In this document: positions 1 through 9,451 of the stretch, one piece after another
Position numbering within the stretch: the stretch's first letter is position 1
How the letters are laid out: every line of letters starts with the position of its first letter
Source of the DNA: a candidate division WWE3 bacterium
GTDB lineage: Bacteria; Patescibacteriota; WWE3; UBA101185; UBA10185
Direction: 5' to 3'
DNA length: 64,000 bases
Assembly: GCA_014729135.1 (NCBI GenBank)
Contig: WJKK01000001.1
Coordinates: forward strand, 794,919-858,918
The notes under the pieces: generated by a model
The model's input: the letters and a program-made list of their open reading frames with translations, nothing else
Told to the model about the DNA's origin: nothing
The model's database searches: none
Program-made: the position numbers and the translations under genes

Positions 1-1
1 A

Positions 2-163
2 GTGGGAACTGGTGACCGTAGTGAAAAGATTAGAACTTATAATTTCCCTCAAGATAGAATAACGGATCATAGGATTAATGAAAGCTGGCATAATATTGAG
101 GCTATTTTAGATGGTGATTTGGATGCTGTTTTGAGGGAGACGGTGGGAATTCGGGAAGGTTAA
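2..163 (+). CDS. prfA: Peptide chain release factor 1, C-terminal fragment (5' truncated by window edge)
   Basis: Frame 2 reads [26 protein letters not shown]...GIREG*, the RF1 C-terminal signature; TAA at 161-163. Confidence 0.93.
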   Translation: MGTGDRSEKIRTYNFPQDRITDHRINESWHNIEAILDGDLDAVLRETVGIREG

Positions 164-210
164 CGCCCCCAAAGTTACGTGCAAATGCGGATTCTTTTCA
201 TTAAAAAATC

Positions 211-276
211 GGAAAATACCGCCTTTCTCGTTCAGGTTTCGCTTCGCTCAAAATTCACTCGAAAGGGATATTTTCC
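211..276 (-). repeat. Diverged, inverted copy of the 78-bp structured repeat at 27052 and 49781
   Basis: Shares TCAGGTT...CAAAATTC...AAAGGGATATTT with the reverse complement of the other copies; terminal inverted repeat GGAAAATA/TATTTTCC. Confidence 0.55.
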
Positions 277-524
277 TCTTCTTTTAAACTTAAAGTAATA
301 AATATAGGATTCGTTGCATATTTTTCAAAATTTATCTCGAGAGGATTGTTAAAAAAAAACGACCCTCAGCTAGGATAACCGTGCACAATGCACAGCTTTA
401 CAAAATCCTAAACTGAGGGTCTGGTAACCAAGTTAACATGTTGGCAGGCATGCCAACTTGGTTGTAACATCAAGTTTCGCTATTGATTTAAGTCCCTGCG
501 AAAAGGGACTCTAGAGTGAATCAG

Positions 525-1823
525 CTAGTCAGTTCCCCACCACTCGGGGGAACTCTGGTACACCAAGGTACCATCCTCACCGACCCGATAAACGTCAGCA
601 ACGCCAGCGTCCCAGGTCAGAATAGCCGGGCCCATTCCGTCGCAGTTCGTCCAAACAGAGATCACATCGGGGTTAGCGTCCCTGTTATCTTCGTAGTAGT
701 GAGGAACCCCGTTCTCATCGAATGCGAGCAGCACACTACCTGCAGAGAAGCACTCATCCTCAGAGCATTCCCACCCACGACCCACGAGGGCAAGAGAACC
801 CGGTGCCGCATCAAAACCATAAGGGAGGCGAACAGTGCCTTCCGTGCGAACCCAGCGGTGAGTCCCGGTCAACCACTCGTGCGCCCAGGAGACATCACAC
901 TCATCAGAAGCTACGTGAACTTCCCAAGACACCGTATCCCCTGCGGGGCTGGTGACTGAGAAGGTGTGCTGATCATTGCCGTGCTCATGGCGGAGCCATG
1001 AGGGACGCTCGATCTCACTCAGGGTGTTCTGACACAGGTTGATCACAGTGTTGTAGCGGGTGTTCCATGTTTCGTACTCATGCTGGACATCACGAACATC
1101 CTCGTCCCACGTGTCGACATAGAACGTTTGGTCGGGAGAAGTCTCGAAACTCTCCAGAAGGCTGTCCGCCCAACAAGCCGAATCGACACTTATATCCCTG
1201 TTGGGACGAACCGAACCAAGATAAACCCCGCTGACATCATAGATGTCGTACACGTGGTCATCTAACAACGAACCAGACGAAAAACCCACCTCAAAGTGAG
1301 CATTCGCGGCTTCGATTGTAAGGTGACCATTGCGCGGGATGGAGGTCCCACCAAGCTCCTCAAGAGCAATGAGGCACTCCTCGTCCATACCATACCCGCC
1401 CCGACGTAATTTCCCAGAGGGGCCCCAGGAGGAGGCGTGCGTGTATCCACATACCTCAATGGCAGGATCGATGGCGGTAATCAGAACGTCCCAGGCCTCC
1501 CGCATTGTGAGGCTATTCTCTGTGGAGGGAATTAATTGACCCTGGATCACAAAGGCACCACGGCCAACGGTTGAGGCCGTGACGGTGATGACATGATCGA
1601 AACCGAGAGGTTCTGGAGTCGGGACAACTACATCGATCTCCACGGGTTCGGGCGACGGGGTAGCCGTGGCCACAACCGTCACGTATTCGATTACCGTTTC
1701 GGGCGCCACGAAGGGCGACCCGAAGATAAGGAGCGCCGTAGCGCTCAGGCCAAAAAGACCTGCTAGAATTCCAAATGCAACCTTTAACCAATCCGTATAG
1801 GTATTGCTTTTGCGATTATACAT
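525..1823 (-). CDS. Hypothetical membrane-anchored extracellular protein (432 aa)
   Basis: Long ORF with AAGGAG RBS, N-terminal TM helix, Pro/Thr linker (ATATPSPEP) and several Cys; visibly more GC-rich than its neighbours. Confidence 0.8.
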   Translation of the reverse strand: MYNRKSNTYTDWLKVAFGILAGLFGLSATALLIFGSPFVAPETVIEYVTVVATATPSPEPVEIDVVVPTPEPLGFDHVITVTASTVGRGAFVIQGQLIPSTENSLTMREAWDVLITAIDPAIEVCGYTHASSWGPSGKLRRGGYGMDEECLIALEELGGTSIPRNGHLTIEAANAHFEVGFSSGSLLDDHVYDIYDVSGVYLGSVRPNRDISVDSACWADSLLESFETSPDQTFYVDTWDEDVRDVQHEYETWNTRYNTVINLCQNTLSEIERPSWLRHEHGNDQHTFSVTSPAGDTVSWEVHVASDECDVSWAHEWLTGTHRWVRTEGTVRLPYGFDAAPGSLALVGRGWECSEDECFSAGSVLLAFDENGVPHYYEDNRDANPDVISVWTNCDGMGPAILTWDAGVADVYRVGEDGTLVYQSSPEWWGTD

Positions 1824-2185
1824 TATCTTCTCCTTTTAAAGGGTGAATTGTTTCTTAGGCGATCTTAGTAGCAGCCTCGACTCAAACAAACAAGAAGGTT
1901 CTGCCAAAAACCCTCCTGGAGGCATCTCTACTCCTAAATCCCCTACTCTAGAACAAATAATATAATAGTATTTAAGAACAAAGATGCCGCCAGAAAGAAA
2001 ACAGTTCCTTCTTTTTGCCAAATATTAAATTGTCAAAGTCCAGTCTCTTGTTTATATATAAATATAGAACTCCCTAAAACTACAAGCTGGGGAATAAAAA
2101 AGCGACTGGGTTTTGCTAAGAACATGGGCTAAAGTCCTTCTCAATACTCAATCGCTTTTATTTATTGTTTTTTGCTTACATGCAT

Positions 2186-2214
2186 ATTATAGGCTACTTA
2201 CTCTCTCCTGTCAA
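2186..2214 (-). promoter_or_regulatory. Consensus sigma70 promoter
   Basis: Minus strand reads TTGACA-17 nt-TATAAT exactly. Confidence 0.75.
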
Positions 2215-2262
2215 GTGCTATGGGATGTTGTTTAGGCATTAGCTCTTTTCACCAACGAAGCC

Positions 2263-3420
2263 CTAAAACTCCCTCGGCAGCTCTGCTAAAGTCACAAAAA
2301 ACTCGCGGGACTCCCCTCCCCTATCAACCACAACCTTCAAAGTCTCCCCCACCGAAAAACGCGAAATTACCCCCACCAAAGTATTCTTTGCATTAATCTC
2401 CTCACCCTCCACACTTAAAATAATGTCACCTCTTTCCAAGCCGGCCTTATCAGCAGGCGAATCCGGATAAACCGAGGCAATGTAAGCCCCCTCCGACAAG
2501 TCACGCAACTTAGCAATCTCCTCGGTAACAATCCTATAAGATACACCTAAATAAGGGCGCACAATCCTTCCCTTTTCCAAAAACGTCGTCAACAAAGGCG
2601 CTAAAGTATTTGAAGGGATGGCAAAGCTAATATTGTCAGCATAGGGAGTAGTGGCAACGTTAATTCCAATCACCTGCCCCGCTAAATTTAACAAAGGACC
2701 CCCGGAATTTCCCGGATTTAAAGCTGCATCCGTTTGAATAACCTCCTCATAAACCGTGCTCTCGGCTCCAAAACCTGAAGAAGCCACAATTTCGCGAGAA
2801 ATACCCGACACAATCCCCCTTGTTACAGTGTTTTGAAATTTACCTAAAGCGTTTCCTATGGCTATCGCCGTTTGACCTACTTGCAAAGTATCGGAATCGG
2901 CTAGTTCCAAAGCGGGAAGATCCCGGGCGGTGACCTCTATTATCGCTAAATCTGACATGCGATCTAAATGAATGTCTTCTACAACGTAAGTAGTTCCGTC
3001 GTTTAAAACTACTGAATATTCTCCCGAGGGATCTGACACTACATGACTATTTGTGACAATTACTCCGTTAGAATCAACTATAAAGCCGGTTCCTATCCCC
3101 TCTTCGTTTACGGAAGGGCCGCTGAAAAAGTCAAAGTTTACGGTTTCTACAACTATGGAAACAACGGAGGGAGAGGCTTTTTCGACTACTGAAATTAGGG
3201 AGGATTCTTCTTCTACAAGTTTTTGGATTTCTTTTGCGTTTTGGTTTTTGCCGCCGGAGGGGGTTTCAAAGCGCTCAAAAAAGTTTTCAATTTTGTATTT
3301 GTAGCGGTTTATGCCCACGCCGTTTCCAAATGTGTTGGAAAGCATAACTAAAAAGAAGATGAAAGTGAAGAGGCTGAAGATGCCTAGTGTGGTTTTTCTA
3401 TTTGGTTTTTTGATTTTCAT
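2263..3420 (-). CDS. htrA: HtrA/DegP-family serine protease with one PDZ domain
   Basis: GTGFIV, TNSHVV, IQTDAALNPGNSGGPL motifs; C-terminal PDZ (SPADKAGL); N-terminal TM. Confidence 0.95.
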   Translation of the reverse strand: MKIKKPNRKTTLGIFSLFTFIFFLVMLSNTFGNGVGINRYKYKIENFFERFETPSGGKNQNAKEIQKLVEEESSLISVVEKASPSVVSIVVETVNFDFFSGPSVNEEGIGTGFIVDSNGVIVTNSHVVSDPSGEYSVVLNDGTTYVVEDIHLDRMSDLAIIEVTARDLPALELADSDTLQVGQTAIAIGNALGKFQNTVTRGIVSGISREIVASSGFGAESTVYEEVIQTDAALNPGNSGGPLLNLAGQVIGINVATTPYADNISFAIPSNTLAPLLTTFLEKGRIVRPYLGVSYRIVTEEIAKLRDLSEGAYIASVYPDSPADKAGLERGDIILSVEGEEINAKNTLVGVISRFSVGETLKVVVDRGGESREFFVTLAELPREF

Positions 3421-3452
3421 GGAGATATTATATAACGTGAAAAATTGAATTT

Positions 3453-4688
3453 CTAAATCTCCTCTGCTAACTCCAACGCCCTATCAAGCTGCGGATCCCT
3501 CCCCGCCTCAAAATCCTCATAAGTACGCTCAACCTCCACATCCGGAGAAATACCCACCTCATGCACCCAATTCTTCTCAGGCGTCAACCACTTAGCAATC
3601 GTAATATGCAGCGCCGAACCATCCGTAAAATCCTTAGCATCCTGAATTGTGCCCTTACCAAAAGACGTCTCCCCCACTATAGTAGTCATGTCCGCCTTAT
3701 TTTCCTTTAATGCTGCCGCCAAAATCTCAGAAGCTGAAGCACTTCCTCCATCAAGCAGAACAAAAACTGCCGGGATGTCTTCAAACAAACCACTTCGCTT
3801 GTCTTTGTAAGGCATCAAATCGCCTAGCGCCGACTCCTGATACATCACAACATCGCCGCTGTCCAAAAAGTCGGAAGCTAAGTAAACGGCGGAGTCCATG
3901 TAGCCGCCCGGATTACCGCGAAGATCCAAAACAACTGCGTCAAGTTCTGACATTTCTACATTGATTTCATGAAGTGTGGAGGTCCAGTCGGCATTTGTGT
4001 CACCGCCAAAACGGCTCACTCTAATGTAGGCGGTTCCGTTGCCCTTATCCTCCCAGGAGACACTGGAAATTGTTATAACACCACGCTCTATGGGAACGTC
4101 GAAAGGTTCACGTTGCGCCCGCTGGAGGGTTAGTGTAATTGTTGTGCCAGCATCTCCTCTGATTTTAGCTACGGCCTCGGTTAAGGAAATTCCCACAGTG
4201 CTTTCGCCTGCAATTTTTACAATGCGATCTCCCGGCATAACGCCTGCTTCTTTTGCTGGAGAGCCATCCAGTGGGGCAACTATTATAAGCTGGCCATCAC
4301 GCATGCCGAGTTCTGCGCCTATACCTTGGTATTCCCCGTTTAAGGAGCTGGTTACTAAGTCGTTTTCATCAGCAGGCAAAAAGGAGGTATAAGGGTCACC
4401 AAGTGAGTTGACCATGCCTTTTATAGCGCCATCTACCATGTCTTCAGGGTTGTGGGGGCGGTCTAAGTGTCGCGCACGAACCATTTCCCAAACTTGCCAA
4501 AACTGATCAAAGTCAATTTCTTCAGGGTAATTATTGCGATTTTTGATTTCTATGGAGGGGACGTTTTCTTTTATTTCAATTTCGTATCCGCGCTTTCCGT
4601 AGTAGTGCCCCCCGTAAAAAGCTACTATTAAAAGGAGAAAGATTATTAGGTTGCGTTGAAAGATTTTTACTTTTTCCTTGGTTTCCAT
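3453..4688 (-). CDS. ctpA: Carboxyl-terminal processing protease, S41 family
   Basis: LGDPYT, PDZ domain, LDLRGNPGG, SASASEI and FGKGTIQ motifs. Confidence 0.95.
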   Translation of the reverse strand: METKEKVKIFQRNLIIFLLLIVAFYGGHYYGKRGYEIEIKENVPSIEIKNRNNYPEEIDFDQFWQVWEMVRARHLDRPHNPEDMVDGAIKGMVNSLGDPYTSFLPADENDLVTSSLNGEYQGIGAELGMRDGQLIIVAPLDGSPAKEAGVMPGDRIVKIAGESTVGISLTEAVAKIRGDAGTTITLTLQRAQREPFDVPIERGVITISSVSWEDKGNGTAYIRVSRFGGDTNADWTSTLHEINVEMSELDAVVLDLRGNPGGYMDSAVYLASDFLDSGDVVMYQESALGDLMPYKDKRSGLFEDIPAVFVLLDGGSASASEILAAALKENKADMTTIVGETSFGKGTIQDAKDFTDGSALHITIAKWLTPEKNWVHEVGISPDVEVERTYEDFEAGRDPQLDRALELAEEI

Positions 4689-4784
4689 GTCTTTAGATAA
4701 ATTTTTTTGAATTTGGAGTCAATGAAATTGACATCAGGCATTATATCAGATGGAAAGGAGTTGGGGGTTTCAGATGGAAAAACC

Positions 4785-5204
4785 TTAGAGTTTTTCCAGC
4801 AAAGAATTAGGCTTAACCCAGTCAACCTGCAACCTCCTGTAATCCTTATCATAAGAAAGAACAGTCGCCCCCAATCTCAAAGCCGCTGTAGCAATTAAAC
4901 AGTCAATAAAAGGAGCTCGATTTTGGTAATACCAATTTAAAGCATAAGCATAGTCATAAGTATCGGAAATGCTTAGGCCTTTAATCCAAACTACGGATTT
5001 TAAGGAGCGCACAATGTCTTCTCTAGGTACGGCATAATGAGAGCTAAGCAACCAAACTAGTTCCGATAAGACAACTCCGGGAACATAAGCTTGAACCTTG
5101 TTGCTCTTTAAAGCCTCGAAAAGACGAGAACACTCTTGGAACATTCTTTCATGATCGCGCATTAAAGCACGCGAAAAAATATTAGTATCTAACACATATT
5201 TCAT
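4785..5204 (-). CDS. PIN-domain (VapC-like) toxin
   Basis: YVLDTNIF N-terminus, FIDCLIAT and SYDKD acidic PIN motifs; downstream of an AbrB-type gene. Confidence 0.88.
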   Translation of the reverse strand: MKYVLDTNIFSRALMRDHERMFQECSRLFEALKSNKVQAYVPGVVLSELVWLLSSHYAVPREDIVRSLKSVVWIKGLSISDTYDYAYALNWYYQNRAPFIDCLIATAALRLGATVLSYDKDYRRLQVDWVKPNSLLEKL

Positions 5205-5278
5205 TTGAATTTTTTAGGATTTTAGAAGAAAGAGCAAAAACTGAATCTTAAATTTTGGTCAGCTTTTAGCCGGAGTAG

Positions 5279-5533
5279 TTAGAAACGCCGATAACTGGTT
5301 TCAAGTTTCCTACGAGCCTCAACAGGATCAGAACCCTTATTAGCGCGCGCCTCAATAGTTCCCAAAATATCCATAATATCCTCAACGGGCTCAACAGAGA
5401 GTTGCTTGTAGTCCTCTCCTTCGACTACTTTAAGCTGCACCCTATCTGTTGTACCTATGCCCAACAAATCGCGCATGGGTTTGGGAATTGTTATTTGTCC
5501 TGCTTTTGTTACTGTAGTTATAAACATTTCCAT
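5279..5533 (-). CDS. AbrB/MazE/SpoVT-family antitoxin
   Basis: TTVTKAGQITIPKPMRDLLGI swapped-hairpin signature. Confidence 0.88.
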   Translation of the reverse strand: MEMFITTVTKAGQITIPKPMRDLLGIGTTDRVQLKVVEGEDYKQLSVEPVEDIMDILGTIEARANKGSDPVEARRKLETSYRRF

Positions 5534-5553
5534 ACTGTACTGATTATACAGTA
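5533..5553. promoter_or_regulatory. Probable autoregulatory operator of the TA pair
   Basis: Perfect inverted repeat TACTGTA-7 nt-TACAGTA overlapping the minus-strand TATAAT and the start codon. Confidence 0.55.
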
Positions 5554-5637
5554 CTTCTCCTTCTTTCTTTGGGAGTTTTTGTTCGAAATTTAAAGGTTAG
5601 GATCCGGATTCACTAGATTTAGCAGTGAGACAAACGT

Positions 5638-5662
5638 GGATCCTGATTTTCATCAGGATGAC
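5638..5662. repeat. RPE-like palindromic element (intergenic copy)
   Basis: GGATCCTGATTTTCATCAGGATGAC; near-identical to copies at ~13992 and ~27178. Confidence 0.75.
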
Positions 5663-5725
5663 GTCTTCATCAAACCGGAGCCTAATGGGATAACGGCTCC
5701 TCCAAGAGAGCTAAACGTGAAAGGA

Positions 5726-5983
5726 CTAAATCGTGTGCCTATCAGTATAGGGCAAAAGAGCCATGTAACGAGCCTTCTTTATAGCAGCCGAAAGCAATCT
5801 TTGGTTCTTAGCAGTCAACCCCGTTAAAGTCCCACGCAAAATCTTCCCGCGAGAAGTGATAAAACGGCGTAAAATCAGCACATCTTTATAATCCGGTTTC
5901 GTCTCATTCTCCTCAAAATAATCAACATTACTTACCTTTTTATGCGCATAACGACGGCTCTTTTTTCGAACAAACTTACCCAT
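5726..5983 (-). CDS. rpsR: 30S ribosomal protein S18
   Basis: [19 protein letters not shown]...[19 protein letters not shown]; rpsF-ssb-rpsR order. Confidence 0.96.
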   Translation of the reverse strand: MGKFVRKKSRRYAHKKVSNVDYFEENETKPDYKDVLILRRFITSRGKILRGTLTGLTAKNQRLLSAAIKKARYMALLPYTDRHTI

Positions 5984-5992
5984 GTTTAATCC

Positions 5993-6529
5993 TTACTCCT
6001 CAGAATCCTCATTGGAAGAATCATCTAAATCAAAATCTGTATCAGCCAAAATTTCATCTAAATCAACGTCATCATCCATTTTTACAGGATTAGACTTAGC
6101 AGAGGATTTCTTTGCGCCTCCACCGGAGTTTCCCCCACCGGATGAATCTCCACCGGAAGAACTGTTACTCCCACCGGAATCACCTGAAAAACCGCCCTTA
6201 CCACGACTTAAAAGCAACATCTCCTCCAGAACAACTTCCGTACGATAGTGCTTAACATCACTGTCATCAGTCCAACTTCTGGTAGTCAAACGACCTTCCA
6301 AGTAAACCTGAGAACCTTTCTGCAAAAGCTGATCGCAAATCTCAGCTAACTTTCTCCAAGCTACTATATTGTGATACTCAACCGCCTCCTGCTTTTCGCC
6401 ATCAGAAGTCCACTCTCTGTTTGTTGCAACTGCAAAATTTACTACTGCTGCTCCACTGGAAATATACTTCAACTCAGGATCTCTTGTTAAATTGCCTATT
6501 AACATTACTTTGTTTAAACTTCGTGCCAT
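5993..6529 (-). CDS. ssb: Single-stranded DNA-binding protein
   Basis: SLNKVMLIGNLTRDPEL, VYLEGRL motifs; Gly/Ser linker and acidic tail. Confidence 0.97.
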   Translation of the reverse strand: MARSLNKVMLIGNLTRDPELKYISSGAAVVNFAVATNREWTSDGEKQEAVEYHNIVAWRKLAEICDQLLQKGSQVYLEGRLTTRSWTDDSDVKHYRTEVVLEEMLLLSRGKGGFSGDSGGSNSSSGGDSSGGGNSGGGAKKSSAKSNPVKMDDDVDLDEILADTDFDLDDSSNEDSEE

Positions 6530-6599
6530 TTTTAATAATTTCCTTTCGAGTTACTTTTTTAGAGGTTTCAAAAGCCTCAACGGAATAAATCCGCTAAAC

Positions 6600-6893
6600 C
6601 TACTCCTCCAAAGAAGTAACCAAATACCTTACTACATCTTTATGCAGTTCAAGTTCTCGCTGAAGACCCGCGATCTGGGAGGGATCGATATCGAATTCAT
6701 TAACGTCATAGTAGCCTTGCTCATTACCGGCCACTTTATAGGCAAACTTGCGCTTACCCCAGAAGTGCTCAGCCACAACCTCTCCCCCACGGGACGTGAT
6801 CATGCCTTTAACCTCCTCAGAGACGCCCTTTGCTCCGGACTCTCCTAACTCGATATTATAAATTGTCATCAGTTCGTATGAACGCATATTCAT
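6600..6893 (-). CDS. rpsF: 30S ribosomal protein S6
   Basis: MRSYELMTI, WGKRKFAY, GYY, VVRYLV motifs. Confidence 0.95.
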   Translation of the reverse strand: MNMRSYELMTIYNIELGESGAKGVSEEVKGMITSRGGEVVAEHFWGKRKFAYKVAGNEQGYYDVNEFDIDPSQIAGLQRELELHKDVVRYLVTSLEE

Positions 6894-7006
6894 AAAGATT
6901 ATACTAAGGCCGTCAAGTGATTGTCTAGGGGGTATATTCCAGTTAAAATAGAATCTCTTCCCATGTTTGCTTTTTTAGCAGACTTAGCAACGGCTTGGGT
7001 ATGTTA

Positions 7007-8200
7007 CTACACACTAAACCTAAATTCAACAACATCTCCTTCTCTCATAGCATAATCCTTACCTTCGGATCGAATCTTGCCTTGGTTACGGGCTTCCTTC
7101 CAGCCTTCTAGTTTAACTAGAATATTGTATGAAATTACTTGAGCTGCTATAAATCCTCGTTGAAAGTCGGAGTGGATTTTGCCTGCTGCTTCGGGGGCGG
7201 TAGAGCCTTCTTTGATGGTCCATGCATGTACTTCTTTTGGGCCATAGGTGAAGAAGGTTTGTAGTCCAAGGAGTTTGTAGCTTTCGCGAATGATTTTGTT
7301 GAGGCCGGATTCTTGAATGCCTACTTGCTCCATGTAATCTTTTTGCTCCTGTGGAGTTAGTGCAGCTAGATCGGCCTCTAATTTAGCGCAAACAGGTATT
7401 CCCTTGATTTGATGGTCAGAATGAGGGGACAGTGCATCGAAATCCTCCCTCGTTGGATTCTGACTTTCGTCAGAATGACGGTGTGGGGAGTGTGTCATCC
7501 CGGACTCGATCCGGGATCCCCAATCACCATAAACATCTTCAGAAACATTAAACACATACATTACAGGCTTTAACGTCAGCAAATTCAAATCCTTAACCAA
7601 TTCTCGCTCCTTCTCCGACAAATCCAAAGTCAAAGCCAACTTTCCCGCATTCAAATGCCCCTGCAGCCTCTTATAAACCGCAAGACGAACAATTGACTCC
7701 TTTTGACCGGACTTGGCAGCTCTCTCCTCCGTTGTAATACGCTTTTCCAAAACCTCCAAATCCGCCAAAATCAGCTCAGTATTAATAACTTCCTTGTCCT
7801 CCTGAGGAGAAACCGAACCCGCCCGAGCAATATTTGCGTCCCTAAACAAGCGCAAAACGTGAATAATTGCATCTACCTCGCGAATATGGCTCAAAAATTT
7901 ATTACCCAATCCTTCACCTTTTGCTGCTCCTTTAACCAATCCGGCAATGTCTACAAACTTAACTACTGCCGGAATCACCTTATCGGGATCCTTATCATGC
8001 TCTTTTCTAACCAAATCCGTCAGACCCTGCACACGAGAATCCGGAACCTCCACAATACCTACATTGGGCTCTATAGTGGCAAAGGGATAGTTGGCAGCCA
8101 GCGCAGTTTGCTTTTTTAGAAGTGCATTAAAAAGGGTGGATTTGCCTACATTGGGAAGGCCTACTATTCCTATGGAGAGGTTTGTGCTTTTGCTTGACAT
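7007..8200 (-). CDS. ychF: Ribosome-binding ATPase YchF carrying an in-frame repeat-derived insertion
   Basis: GIVGLPNVGKST, ANYPFATIEPN, DIAGLVKGA and TGS-type C-terminus (EGKDYAMREGDV); ATG at 8200 preferred. Confidence 0.96.
   Translation of the reverse strand: MSSKSTNLSIGIVGLPNVGKSTLFNALLKKQTALAANYPFATIEPNVGIVEVPDSRVQGLTDLVRKEHDKDPDKVIPAVVKFVDIAGLVKGAAKGEGLGNKFLSHIREVDAIIHVLRLFRDANIARAGSVSPQEDKEVINTELILADLEVLEKRITTEERAAKSGQKESIVRLAVYKRLQGHLNAGKLALTLDLSEKERELVKDLNLLTLKPVMYVFNVSEDVYGDWGSRIESGMTHSPHRHSDESQNPTREDFDALSPHSDHQIKGIPVCAKLEADLAALTPQEQKDYMEQVGIQESGLNKIIRESYKLLGLQTFFTYGPKEVHAWTIKEGSTAPEAAGKIHSDFQRGFIAAQVISYNILVKLEGWKEARNQGKIRSEGKDYAMREGDVVEFRFSV
7455..7520. repeat. Two RPE-like palindromes inside ychF
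   Basis: GGATTCTGACTTTCGTCAGAATGAC and GTCATCCCGGACTCGATCCGGGATCC; translated as GSRIESGMTHSPHRHSDESQNP. Confidence 0.8.
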
Positions 8201-8222
8201 AAGAAACACTTTAACATAACAG

Positions 8223-9251
8223 CTACTTTAAAACGTAATGAGTTGCTCTCCCCTTCCCCTTCCTCCTTATCAAATCCAAATTTATTAGCTTATCAAAATC
8301 CAGAGCCCTAGTAGACTTAGCCCTATCCGTTAATTCCGCGTAATCCGAATCCGTTATAAAACCGTGCTTTTCAATATATTTGAGTATATCTTTATGGTGT
8401 TTCTTTAGTGTGGACCCGGGATCAACTCCCACTTTCTTAAGTTCCCCTGAAACCCTAAGCAACTCATCAATTATCCCATCGGTAAAGTATTCCAACCACT
8501 CGGTAAAGTCAATATCTTCGTTAATCTCATAATAATCACCAAGAACACCGACATTTTGAAAGTACTTAGTTACATTACTGTTGTAATAATTCTCAAAACT
8601 AAATAAATTAAAAGTATCTAAACCCATATTGGCAAGTAGCAGCTTAGTAAGGAGTCTTGCAGTACGGCCATTACCATCCGCAAAAGGGTGAATAATGACA
8701 AACTGCTTGTGAAATAAACCCGCAAGAAGCACGGGATCAACACCATCTCCGTTTTTATTTATGTAATCAAGTAAAGCATCCATTAATTTCCCTACATCTT
8801 GAACATTGGGAGGTAAATATACCGTTTCACCCGTTCTTGGATCGTTAACAACTACAGGAACATCTCTGTAACTACCGGATTTCTCTTTTGGCAACAGGTC
8901 CTTTACTACTTTTTTATGGATGTTTTGCACAAGTTCATCCCCAATTTTTACCTTTTGATCTAACAATTTACCCAAATAGACCAAAGCATCGTTATAATTG
9001 AGAACTTCCTTTTCGCTATCTCTAGCATGTTTCGGTTTACTTTTTAAGATTTTTTTAACTTCCGTTAAAGGGAGAGGGTTGCCTTCAATACTTGTCGAGG
9101 AGTGAACGGATAAACTAACAGCGCTTTTTTCTAAATGCATTTTAATTGTAGTTGGAAAACGTTTATTGTTTAGTTCCGTTTTTATCTTTGTGATTTGCTT
9201 GATGTTATCGAGCAATTTAGGAGTAACTGTGTATTTGGGAGTGTACTTCAT
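8223..9251 (-). CDS. Fic-domain protein with C-terminal winged HTH
   Basis: Canonical HPFADGNGRTAR motif; N-terminal inhibitory-type STSIEGN. Confidence 0.92.
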   Translation of the reverse strand: MKYTPKYTVTPKLLDNIKQITKIKTELNNKRFPTTIKMHLEKSAVSLSVHSSTSIEGNPLPLTEVKKILKSKPKHARDSEKEVLNYNDALVYLGKLLDQKVKIGDELVQNIHKKVVKDLLPKEKSGSYRDVPVVVNDPRTGETVYLPPNVQDVGKLMDALLDYINKNGDGVDPVLLAGLFHKQFVIIHPFADGNGRTARLLTKLLLANMGLDTFNLFSFENYYNSNVTKYFQNVGVLGDYYEINEDIDFTEWLEYFTDGIIDELLRVSGELKKVGVDPGSTLKKHHKDILKYIEKHGFITDSDYAELTDRAKSTRALDFDKLINLDLIRRKGKGRATHYVLK

Positions 9252-9451
9252 GGACTAATATTAGACGATAATTAGACGATTGTCAACTACTAAGGAGGGT
9301 CTTTTTGGAAGCTGTTCCAGAGCCTTGCCAGAAACTATTCTACCTTTCGCATGCCTTATAAGAGCTAACTCTCCCGCAAACCCTCCGGTGAAACTACCTG
9401 CAAAACTCCAAAATAAGCCAAATCCAAAAGCTCCTCTAAAAAACACGAAAA

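Noticed and set aside
516-959. Plus-strand 147-aa ORF and other antisense ORFs in the track (e.g. 14496, 29105, 29569, 49489)
   Set aside because: They are shadows of well-supported opposite-strand genes or run through repeats, and have no recognisable motifs.
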